A stretch of DNA of 64,000 nt. It comes from Oopsacas minuta (lineage: Eukaryota > Animalia > Porifera). The position numbers and the translations under genes were made by a program. Shown in pieces: positions 1-12,000 of this stretch; positions within the stretch are counted from its first letter, which is position 1, and every line of letters begins with the position of its first letter. Below the pieces are notes generated by a model. The model ran no database searches, was not told the DNA's origin, and saw nothing but the letters and a program-made list of their open reading frames with translations. The stretch lies in the NCBI GenBank assembly GCA_024704765.1, contig JAKMXF010000347.1:62001-126000 (forward strand), written 5' to 3'.

Positions 1-3000
1 GCTTTGGAAAAAGTTTTAGAAAAGAAATTTATTAAAGTGATTTCAGAAATGGAGAAGAATGTCGATAAGAGATTGAAATATTTAGAACTAGTTTTATTAG
101 AAGAGATAATCACATTATGTTCCCATAAGAAGGAAAGAACAGCTGGAGAGGAATTAGCTGAGAAATATGTGTGTGAGATTAAGCAGTGGCAACCTTTAAT
201 GGAGAGAGGATTGAGTATTAATCCAACTGATGAATTCGGTGATGAGCTCCAATTGACTATAAGGTAGTTGTATACATAATTAACCAGATTAGATGAATCT
301 GTATACATTTTATGTCTGTCTATTATTCCATGTATTAGGAGCGGAGCAAACTAAACACTATTACTTTAAGTTTAGCAATAAGCACGTTTTGTTGAATTTA
401 TTTTCGAACCTTTTGGTCTCAAAAATAGACATTCCTCGAAACACAATATACATATCATCAAGATGAAATCTTCGAACGGTCTAATTGGTTCCACGCCGAG
501 GGCGAATTAACAATATTAGCCATATTTCTCATCTTTTCTTTACAAAACCTGCATCTTATTGTTGGCAATCTGAACGCTAAACATAAACAATTTGGTTATG
601 TGCTCACCTCAGAGTGCCAACAATTGATTATTCTATTCTTTAGAAATAAATGGAATCGCATCCTGGCAGTTCAATTATTCATTTCTCACTGTACTCTCAA
701 AGTTGGATTCAATGTAACAGAATCTAGTATTAACAGATTATTTATGGTACTGTCATATAGCTGTAATAGATTTTTGAGGATACATTATTGTTCGATAATT
801 ATTTCTGTAATCTTTACTAGATCCTTGAAGAATGTCCAGATTTCACTTCAGCAAAAGTCATTAACAGTGTAATTAAGATTTTATCAAATTGTTTGAAGAA
901 AATGAGCAAAGCAATAGGGTAAGAATATTTGGATTATTATTCTATTCTCTGTTTACAAAATAATATTGAAATATCTTCACAACAGAGCTCCTGCACTCAA
1001 CAGACAAAGGTTCAAAGAGCAAGCCACTAGATTCTTCATTTGTATTCTAACCGATCTAACATTCAAATATTTAAAGATTGGAGATAGAAATGAAGATCTG
1101 ATATGTCTGTTAATGGGGTTTGTGACTTTAGACGAGGAGAGTATCAGTCAACTGGTTTCTGACCAAGAAAATATGAATATTTTTAAAAAAGATGGACTTG
1201 ATCCTTCTCCAGCTTTCAGAACTTTATTATTACAGCTATTAATCAGACATAGGTACGTATATACATTTCCTATATTGCAACTAGTGTTATACTTATTTGA
1301 AACTCAAAAATTGCACTAGTACCTATATAGAATGAATTATATAGGCGCAATGAGAGTCATTTTGATTGTGCACCGCGCCGTCGGCTCACCTTGATATTCG
1401 TGCGCCCACCCAGATTCTGCTCCACCATGATTAAAAAGTATATGGCGGGTGGACACGAGGTTATCTCCGCCCACCCTGACTCGGGAGCCTAGTTGTGCCA
1501 CTGACTTAAATTGCTCACTCGAAAATGTATATTTCTGTTCTCTGATTTATAACACTATTTTACTATCTTTAGGCCAGATGTATTTAGAGAAAATATTTCT
1601 GCATATTTGAGGAATACTGTATATAAATATCAGAATCATTTGATGCAGAAAGACTTGTATCTATTGATAGTTCAATCTATTGAGGTATCTTGAATTACTT
1701 ACATGTATATCTTCATTTGGAGAATTATCAATTCTACTCTCTTCTAAATAATAGCGCGCTTAGCTTGTTTGCGCTGCGTGGCTTGTGAACACTTGTATTT
1801 CTATGGAACTCGGCACTTTGTGCCTCCAATATTTATTAACAACAAATATTTAAATATCCACCTGCGCTTGCTAGGTCGCTGCAAGAAGGAATATACACAG
1901 TATTTTTTGGAAATTATAATTTTATTATCCATGATCCATCCGAATTCCATTTGATGGCATTTTGTGGTAATCCTGGAGCTGCTACGTGACTTTAGGTTAG
2001 GAATCTGGGCCATTTATGCCTCAGGCATTTAGAAATTCTAAAATATTTCGAAATTTCGACAATTTGGAATTTTGTACAATCATGATGACGTAATAATCCC
2101 ATAATTAATTTGCTTTTGGTCAAAATCATGATGTCAGGACAGTTAACCCATTGAGTGGTACCTGTGATTCAAATTTCTAACTTCTATAAAGTATATTGGC
2201 AGAGCTGTGGCAATTAATGTGATTTCTCGTCGAAGACTCGAATTTGTCCGAGCCAGGCCAAATACCACTGCATGCCAAAGACTGACCTCGAGGTTTTCCA
2301 GTTTCTTCAATCAATTCTGTATATACAAACATATATATACACATAGATTAATTGCGTTTTAATAATATAGACAAATGTAATTCGCTTGCTAGGTCGCTTT
2401 GCGACAGCTTAGTTTTACAAGTTAGATTAAGGATTAAACAGCTAAATTTTTTATTGCTATTTGTCGCTACGCGACCAGATATAATCGAACCTTACTTGGC
2501 ACTACGTGCCTCGAATAAAGAAATAACAAAATTTTTATAATACTATTATCAATGGTCCGTCCGAATTATTTTAATGACCTTCTGTGGTGATACCAGAGCC
2601 GGTAAGTCGCCTTTGGCAAGTAAACTTGGCACTTCGTGCCTTGGGGATTGAGAAATTCTCAAAAATTTTGAAATTTGGAATAGTTGTATCTTTTATACAT
2701 TTATGATGACGTAATCATTCAATAATGACTCAGCATTTAGTCAAAGTCATGATATCAGGACATTTCAGAAATTCATACCTATGACGAAATTATGACGTAA
2801 TTGTCACCTTTTTGGATTACCGAAAAATCACCCTAATGGACACTGCTCAGCCAATATACACGATAGAGATTTGAAATTTGAATCGCAGATAGTCAGCTAG
2901 ACCCAAAATACCCGTGTATGTAAAAAAGACGTTCTAGGAATTTTCCAGTTTCTTTAATCAATTCTGGACATAAAAGCATATATATATATATATATAGGAC

Positions 3001-6000
3001 ATTAGTCGATCACCAAATTTATGATCGGAGATCATGATTCCGATCCTTGTACCAAAAAGGATCGCGATCACAATCACGATCATTTTCCGATTACTGTGGC
3101 AGTCTGTCCGTCCGGAGTGGCCATGCGAATCTACCTGTCCGATTGCCATGAAAATTAGTGCATACATTTTTAGATACATTTTGGGGTATAGATTCATAAA
3201 TTTTCAAATTCTTCTGCTTAAAAACTAAAATTTTCGGGAAAATGATCGCGATCTTACACTCGATCACTGTTTATAAATGATCGGCGATCATCCTCCGATC
3301 GTGATCGAACGATACTAATGCCCTATGTATATGCACACACATACAGATTACAGTGGAGTCTCCCAAAACAGAAATTTCATATAAGGAACTTGAAGATGCG
3401 AATTCTGATTCAACGTATGTACTTTGTTACCCCATTGTATCCGTTGAAAGCAAGTCTCTACCAATATATATGTTTTGAGACTTTGAAATCATGAGCCATT
3501 AAAAGTAATAGACAAATTAGTCCATAACTGTTACATTGGCATTTGTATTGCATGATGAGATAGGCTTCAGGGGGTTATTGTGGGATTTTAGTAACCATAA
3601 TATAGGTTGATCATTTTTGGATGTATGTACTTATCAATAATCTATATTATTAAATCTCAATTGTTGTTTGTCCGTTGTCAAGGTAAGGATTTATGGTATG
3701 CAATTTTGAAATTGTTGCATAACTAGGTATTTATCAGGTTTATCAAGGAAGTAAATAGAATTCAATAAAACTTCACTAAATATATCAAACATGCTGAATC
3801 CGATTTTCACACTTTTGGATTAATCATATGTAAATTTATTGTTTTTATGAATATAAAGTAAACAAATTATCCAAATCTCAAAATATACGTACAGCCTTGC
3901 TCTAAACGGCTACACATGTACAATTTTTATTCAATAATTTATATGCCCTATACGTATATTTGTGAATTACATTGTTCTAAATATATCTATATTATAATAC
4001 TCAAAGGGGCAGCAATTTGGAGAATAATGGATACCACGAGGGACAATGAGCCGAGTTCATCGCGAAGTGAGAGCCAAAGGCTCGTCGTAATACGTCTTAA
4101 ATAAAGACGTTTTAAACAACTTAACTTTGAGTAAATTTATACTTCATTTTCTAAATTATTTCATTTAGGATTCTCTTCATCAAAGATTCAGACAAGATTC
4201 CCCTCCAAATCAACTCAAAAGTTTTCATTCTATATTTAACAATATAACCATCCGTTACCTTGCTGATACGCAGCTATCTTATGAATTGTTGGAAAAGATA
4301 GCTACCCTGAGGTTTATCTGTTTGCACATATCTAGGTGGATTATTGAATGTTTTGATCTTCTAAACACGCATCCAGACACACCTCACGACATCTTCAGAG
4401 ATGAACAGAGATTAATTACAATCTTCCAAGACATCTGTCTAATGGATGGCTTTGAAGATCTCCATACTCTTCTTTTGAAGAACATTTACCATCAGCTAGG
4501 AAGTGATACACTAAATATTCTTACTAAAAATCCTGCTTGCTCATGGGTTGTACCAAATCGTGTGAGGGAGAAGATTGCTGAGGTATTTATTTTACTATTT
4601 TCATATCTTGTAATACGAATTTTAGATGTTTTATGCAAGGTTTTACAAATTTCGATATCTATACTATATATTGGTAATATGATATGATCGATATCGATAA
4701 ATATCGCAAAAAATTTTTCTAAAGATCGAAATATCCGGAATTTTCAGATATTTCGATATTTCTCAACATTGTTCTCCTGATTTTGTGTCATCCCTGATTT
4801 TGTGTCATCCCGGATTGTGGAATTGGGAATTTGAAGCAAGCTACAACTGTTGGGTTGGGTGTGTTTTTTCGAATTCCTGAATAACGTTTTGGTGGTGGTG
4901 GCAATAATAGCCTCACCCATTTATTTTAAGGTATAAATGTTATGGGAGATGTTGGCGATTTACAAAATATGGCTTCAATTTTGCATTAGTATGGTTTAAT
5001 ACCGACTGGATGGCTTCTTCAAATTTATATCGTAGACACTCTTTGTTAATCAATTGCCCTCGAAACGTTCATTTGAACAAATTGTTACTGTTACGATGAA
5101 TGAGAACTAAGAAGATATGAATATTCAAATGAGACTCAATTTTTGGGGTGCTGCATTTGTCAAGCAAAATTCCTTGGATTTATCAGAATCTTTGCAGTAT
5201 ATATTTGTCAGACAGATATTTGCATTTGTCCGAATTCTCTCAGAGAAATGCATTTACAAACATCTGTTGCATATGTTGGCAAAGATTTTTACCAACAATC
5301 AGAAGTTAGTCAAACATCCGGATTTGATACATGTGACTGATAAATCCAAGTAATCTTACCTGCCAAATACACCGCCCAAAATTGAGTTCACTATCTCGTG
5401 TCTCATTTGAATATTCTTCAAATTGTATTTTCTCACTTCTCATTATCGGTAATGGTAACAATTTTTACCAATGAACGTTTTAGGGTAAAATGATAACAAA
5501 GAGTGTCGGGTCTGCGGTATAAGTTTGCAGAAGCCATATTGTTCATATTAAAACCATAATAATGCAAAATTGCCATATTTTGTACATCGCGAACATCTCC
5601 AATAACTAATATAGTAATACATTATATTTAAGAAAATATCCTATTCCATTAATTAAGCTAATTTCCTGATTATATTTATTTGCTGGGTTGTTTACTTGTT
5701 ATTTTAATTTAGTTACCCGCGATCATACCTGATTACTTCATAATATATGGAGAAGTTTATGTGAGAATTACAAGTGCAGTAGAACTAGTCAATTTGTTAC
5801 AGAAGAAAGACGCCCTGTTGCAATTCATCAATTCAGAAACTGTAAGTAATATTGTAATGATACAGTGGAACCTGCGTAAACCGACACTCGTTGGGACATG
5901 AAAATTAGGTTAGTTTGGAATTGCCAGATTATGAAGGTGAAATTTCACTGTGCCAACTATAGATTAATATAGTGGCCCAGTATTGAAATGGTTGCCTATA

Positions 6001-9000
6001 TTATTTTTTCTATTTTTCTCCGTAAGCACCCTGCAGCCAAAACTGGATAGAATTATGGTGATATATGGTGTGAGAACTATTGAAGATATTCGTTGGATGT
6101 GCTTCTCCCCTTTGCTAATCAATCGAAACCAAGTGCCACTATTTCACACTGGTCAAACTTTTGTCTGGCCTCTAGCAAAAAATTATGAAAGGAAAGGTGC
6201 CAAAAATTTCACACATTTCGAAAGAGAGAAAAATTCTACACCTTCGGACTCTTCAAGAATTTTTATATTAGTTATAGTTTTTTGATGAAAGTAAATGAAA
6301 AATATTTATTTTTTAGCACTATGTCATCGGTAATAATTCTATTGTTCTTAGATGTTGAATATTTATTAGCTAAACAATAGGTACTTCTAGTGGTGTATAT
6401 ACTACGGGCGTTCAATAAGTAGTCGTTATTCCAAATTTTGTAAGTCGGAATATTTCGACCCAGATCAAACTGAATTTTCTAATAACAATCCATCCATTGT
6501 GAATTCAATAATGCAAAGCGTTTTTGATTCAGACGTCTCGTTCTAATATTGTACTTATTTACATTTGACAGTTTATTATAGTAACATTTTAATGGCTTCA
6601 AAAAGTACAGATTTCATAATTGAGCAGAGAGCATATGTGAAGATCAGAACACTGCTCAAAGTTTCACCAACAGATGTCCACAAAGATTTAGAGGAAGTTT
6701 ATAAGGATACAGCACTTCCATATTCCACTGTTGTTGATTGGGCTAGACGCTTTCGTGAAGGTAGAGTGTCCATTGAAGATGGGGCAAGGATAGGGAGACC
6801 AGTTTCCAGCGCCAGTGACAAAAATATCCTTGAGGTATCCGCGTTACTTGAAGAAGACCCTCATACCACGCTTGTGGAGATAGCTGATGCGGTTGGGATC
6901 TCAACGGGAACTGCTCAAGCTATTGTACATGATAATATGAAATTCCGAAAGATATGTGATCGATGGGTACCGCATTTACTAACTCAGGCCCAGAAAGCAA
7001 AGAGGGTCCAATGAGCTTCTAAATTGCTCTCTGAGTTTGATCGAGCTGACTCCAGAAGGTTATTTGAGATAGTAACAGGTGACGAAACTTGGGTACGTTA
7101 TTCTGAGCCTTTATTAAAAGAAGCAAACAAAGTATGGGTGGCAAAAGGACAGGATCCACCAATGATCCCTCGACATGACTTTCGGACCCGAAGGTTATGT
7201 AGTGTATATTATTTGATTTTAATGGTCCAGTGTGTCAGATTTGTGTCTCCAAATACCAAACAATAACAGGCTCCTTCTACACCAATGAGTGTCTAACAGA
7301 GGTTGAAAATTCTACCAAAATCGACGGCCAAGGACTGTAACTCGTGGATTGCGAATATTGCATGATAACGCCCGACCGCACAAGACAAAGTTGGTTAGAG
7401 AAAAGTTAGAAGTTATGAAGATTGTGGAGCTAGATCACCCTCCCTACTCGCCAGATCTAACTCCCTGTGACTTTTGGTTGTTTCCAAAGCTAAAGAAACA
7501 TCTATCAGGCAGGAAATTCGAGAGTCGAGCTCAGATAGGATCGGCGATTTCCAGTATATGAAAGGTGTACCAACCGAAGACTACAAAAAAGTATTTTTCG
7601 ATTGGATAAAAAGGCTGAAATTGGTTTTACAGCACCAAGGGGAATACTTTGAGAAACTCCATCACTGACTATACATTATGCTAGAAAAATTTAGAATTAC
7701 AATGTGATAACGACTACTTATTGAACGCCCGTAGTAATATGCATTCATTGAATATCTAAATTTAACGGTAGCTTTAATTATTTCTATTATATTTATGAAT
7801 ATAATATTTTTCATATTAACTATGGATAATTTAAAAGACATGGATTTGCCCGATTATATAACCTTTGAATAATCGTAGAAGATTGTCCTAAACAGCAAAA
7901 GGGGTAATTCAATACGCTGATTCCGAATTTGACACTCTTGACCGATCAAATCTTCCCCAGTATTCCCTTCTATTAATATTATTTAGTCAACTGATAATTA
8001 TTGCAAACATTTTGAACATTTTATGTCCTAGATAATCATAGTATATTGTAAATATATTTTTTGATGGATTTGAAATACTCGCTCCGCTCGGAAAAAATAC
8101 AAAATTCCAACCTGTGCCGACAGCTTAGACTATTAATTAAATGTTTGAAAAGTGGCACTTAATTGGAGGCACTATGTGTAATGAGATTAAAACTAACCTC
8201 TCATGGTGCCTCCAATTACTATTTCAGATCAGAAACACTGCCGGATTATAGAGGTGTCGCTTTATGTAGGTACAATTAATGTCTGAACTATATTATGCTA
8301 TTTGTGTTTATTTTGTAGCCCGAAGCTAATATTACTGAATGTCTCGTATACTCAATGTTCCAGGAAGTTATCAAATTCTTCTTAATCCAACAAAATGATC
8401 AAGCTCAAACGCTTTTTGAGGTAACTGAATTATTTATCTAAGGATATAAAAATTACTAAACAAGATACTCTGGTTATACACATCTTGATCCAGCAAATAC
8501 TAACATTTAACTGATGATAATATTATATTTATAGAAATTCCTGACTCTAAAAGACTTTATGAATTCTGACCTGAAGGAAATCAACCCAGAACTAAACAAT
8601 TTAGTTATTCAGATAACAACTAACAACTTTGGAGATGGAAATCTACCTAATCTTAAACTTACAGATACTTCCAGTAATCATGAATTATTCCTAATCAGAC
8701 TAATATACCATGCAGCTGTTATGCTATCTTGTAAGAAATATCACAAGCTGTTCCTACCTATTGCTTTGATATACGAGAACCCTCAGACTCTACAGGACAG
8801 ATTATTTCCTACTATGATGGATGATCAGTTCAATTCCGCAAAAGCTGCAATTGGAGAATCAGGAAATTGGTATCAATGTCCTAACGGTCATCCTTACTTC
8901 ATTGGATATGTAAGATATAGATATTTTATATTTCTACAAAACCACAATCACCTTTAGTTTAGTGTCTAATGCAAGCTCATCGCCGGTTACTAGATCATGA

Positions 9001-12000
9001 TTTTGACTTTAGTCGAGAATTACGATTATGTAATTAATAATAGGGATGCCCTCTCCTTGTAACGCTACAAGGGGAGGGTTGGTATGCGAAGTATGACAGT
9101 CCAGTTCTTTTTGTATTTCAAACAGTTTGAGGACGGGGGTACATTACACTGTAGGGATCATCCATGCGGCCATATATGGACTTTAGGGGAACCAAATATG
9201 GCATGACAGGCCCACTTCTCACCATACTCACTGTACTAACCAATCTAAGTTGAGTCGTTCTAAACTTGATCAGCCGGACTGTCTCTTACGGCCATGTTTT
9301 TGGGAATTGCTCCTTTATATTAAACTCAGGTGCTTTTTGTGTAATAATCAGGGTGTATTCCTAAGTATAAAAGTAAGGGAACACTACAAACACTACCCCT
9401 TCCACTAAATTAGCGTCTCTTATGTGGTATAATCTACTCCTTTTGATGTTCTAGTTTTCCAGACTTGTCTACATTAACATCTATGAAATACAAGATATTT
9501 ACACTAAATGTGGAAAATTCAAAGTAGAAAAGTGGATGCCATCATATTTAATACTTTTTAGTTGACGCAAGCATTGCCACATGTAATCGATACTTACAGA
9601 AAAATATATTACTTGGGAATAAAATGTGACTATAATGTTGAACTCTAATTTCTAAACTGAATAATATAGTTAAATAATCCAAATATTCCATAAAGTAGCC
9701 TTCGCGTTCCTCTTCGTTCCCCCTGGAATTTAAAGTAAAGCAACTGCGTTCCCCCAATACACCCTGGTAAATAATCCTATACGTATTTCATTAGTGCGGA
9801 GAAGCTCAAGAAGAATTTACTTGTGCAGATTGTGGAAGAAGAGTTGGGGGAAATGATTATGTATTAGTAGCTCAGAATGTGTTGCTTGAGAAAGCTAAAG
9901 ACGAAACAAGAACAGGATACTTATTAGGAAACGCTAATGATGCTAGGAATGTATCAAGTGGGGAAAGGTTGTTAATTTACTATATTTCACAAGAAAATTT
10001 GTACTGTCAACTTCATAGCTCTACAATTTACAGTCAGACTCATAGTTACTTATGCAAAATCTGTACCCAACGGGACCAAAATATTTAGTGCATAACATAG
10101 CGGCATTATATTGAATTATTTAATACGAATCCCATGAGAAATAATTATAATTTATAACGATAACAGACTATTGACTTTATAATTATACGTATTATGGAGC
10201 ATGTAATTATATAAATATGTGTATATACATATAGGGAACTATCTCCTGCTTCAGTTAGGATTATTCGTATACTAATGGACATCTCCTTCATCTGGTCATC
10301 TTGTTCCAAACATCCTACAGACAGGAGTCCATTACTTCCTTCTCTCATAAAAGGAGGACTAGATGATCCTAGAGATCTTCCTAACTTCTTCTATCTACAT
10401 CTAGAGAGAGAGATTGAATATTTAACCAGACTGACAGGAAAGAACTTTGAGGAAGTTATCTTCTTTATCCATCTGATCATAAAATCTGTCATGGAAACAG
10501 TAGGAGAGCCATGTGAGTGGTTTAACAGTTCGTAGTATATTTGTAGTTATTATTCGATTATATTACAGGTGGAATTCCTACTGATTTAACACAGCGTGAA
10601 TTGAGAGAGCAGTGGGAGAGAGAATTTGATAAGAAATTCATTCAAACTATACTCAACTCTCTAAACACAGATGTACAAAGACAGATGGAACAGGTGCTGA
10701 GTGAAAAGGGGATAGCTAACAATCCTTTACTCAGGTTAATACAGAGATTAGTATATTAGTTGAATTATCTATGAATTGTCCTAAATCTTTAGAATGGTAT
10801 ACGAGAGAGATGAATCAGAACCAAACAACCCGTTACCTCATCTATGGCGTTACAGAACTATCGTGAGTCTGGAGCATTTCTCTCAGAGCTTCAGTACAGC
10901 TAATTTAAATGCCAAAAACAAGTGTCCGTTAGTAGACAAGTTCCTGAAAGAAGAAAACAAATTATTTGTGACTCGTTACTTACCAGACATTGTACAGCTA
11001 CAGAGACGAGTAGGAGATAAGTTCCTACACAGATTGGATAGGAGAGAAGCTGCTAATACTTCTATTAAAGATTTCTTAAATAGAATGAAAACTGGTAAAC
11101 ATGGGTCCAACTGAATGGTGGAAAACATGGAAAAGTGATGGGGAATGAATGAATGATGCATTTATACGAAAATTCAGAAATTCCACCATTTTCCACAATT
11201 CAGTCAGACCCTTAAATATAATGTCTATATTTACATAATTTAATTGATTCTGTGTTAATTTCGGCAATTAAATCTCATTTTAGAGAACAAACATGAATCA
11301 GAAGAATTAGCTAGTTTAGTGGAGAGTCTTGCTACAGCATGGAGTATGATTGGAGAAGATGTGAAGAAGAATGGACGTCTCACATTTGACGAAGCTCTAG
11401 AACAACAAGAAATAACTCCTGCTAAATCTCTAGCTTACCTGCTCCCTTCCTCAACAGGAAAGGGAGTGCTGATCACCTCACTCACTGACTATCTAGTGCT
11501 GATACACAACTCATTTGTACACGTCTACAGAGACAGAGTGAAGGGGTATGTATCATTCTATTAAATGATATGTCTACAGACATGTCTCATATTATTCTCA
11601 TTGTATTAGGTCTCGTAGTAACAAGATACCACTCCGTGAATTGAATATAAGTCATGTGATTGTTTACGAGGAAGACTTGCAGCCTCTACTACTGTCACAT
11701 GCTCATTACTCACTAGCTCTCGGACAAGGAAGTCAAGTGACTTATGATTTTGAGGGAGTAGAACAGCAATTAATGGAACAATTCATTCAGAACAAACCTC
11801 TTATTCAAGCAGAACATCTCCGCTTTGAATATATTCGTGAGGCTTACAACCTGGGTGTGTTTGAGCAGGTGCGACACAAAGTTCAACAGGTCAGTGTATT
11901 TTATAATATGACTTAGTTCTATATTGTGTTTGTTCGAAAACTATTTGCAATTCCATAAATCTAGCACTAATCCCATTGATTACACTTTGTAATTGTATTT

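Noticed and set aside
3349-3414. Apparent extra RNF213 exon (AG...GTATGT)
   Set aside because: At about 68 nt it would shift the frame, SIE/DSL already joins as in the human protein, and the sequence matches a Tigger-like terminus also seen at 14221.
5117-5353. Two short overlapping ORFs
   Set aside because: They lie in the spacer of the foldback element inside an intron and carry no transposase motif.
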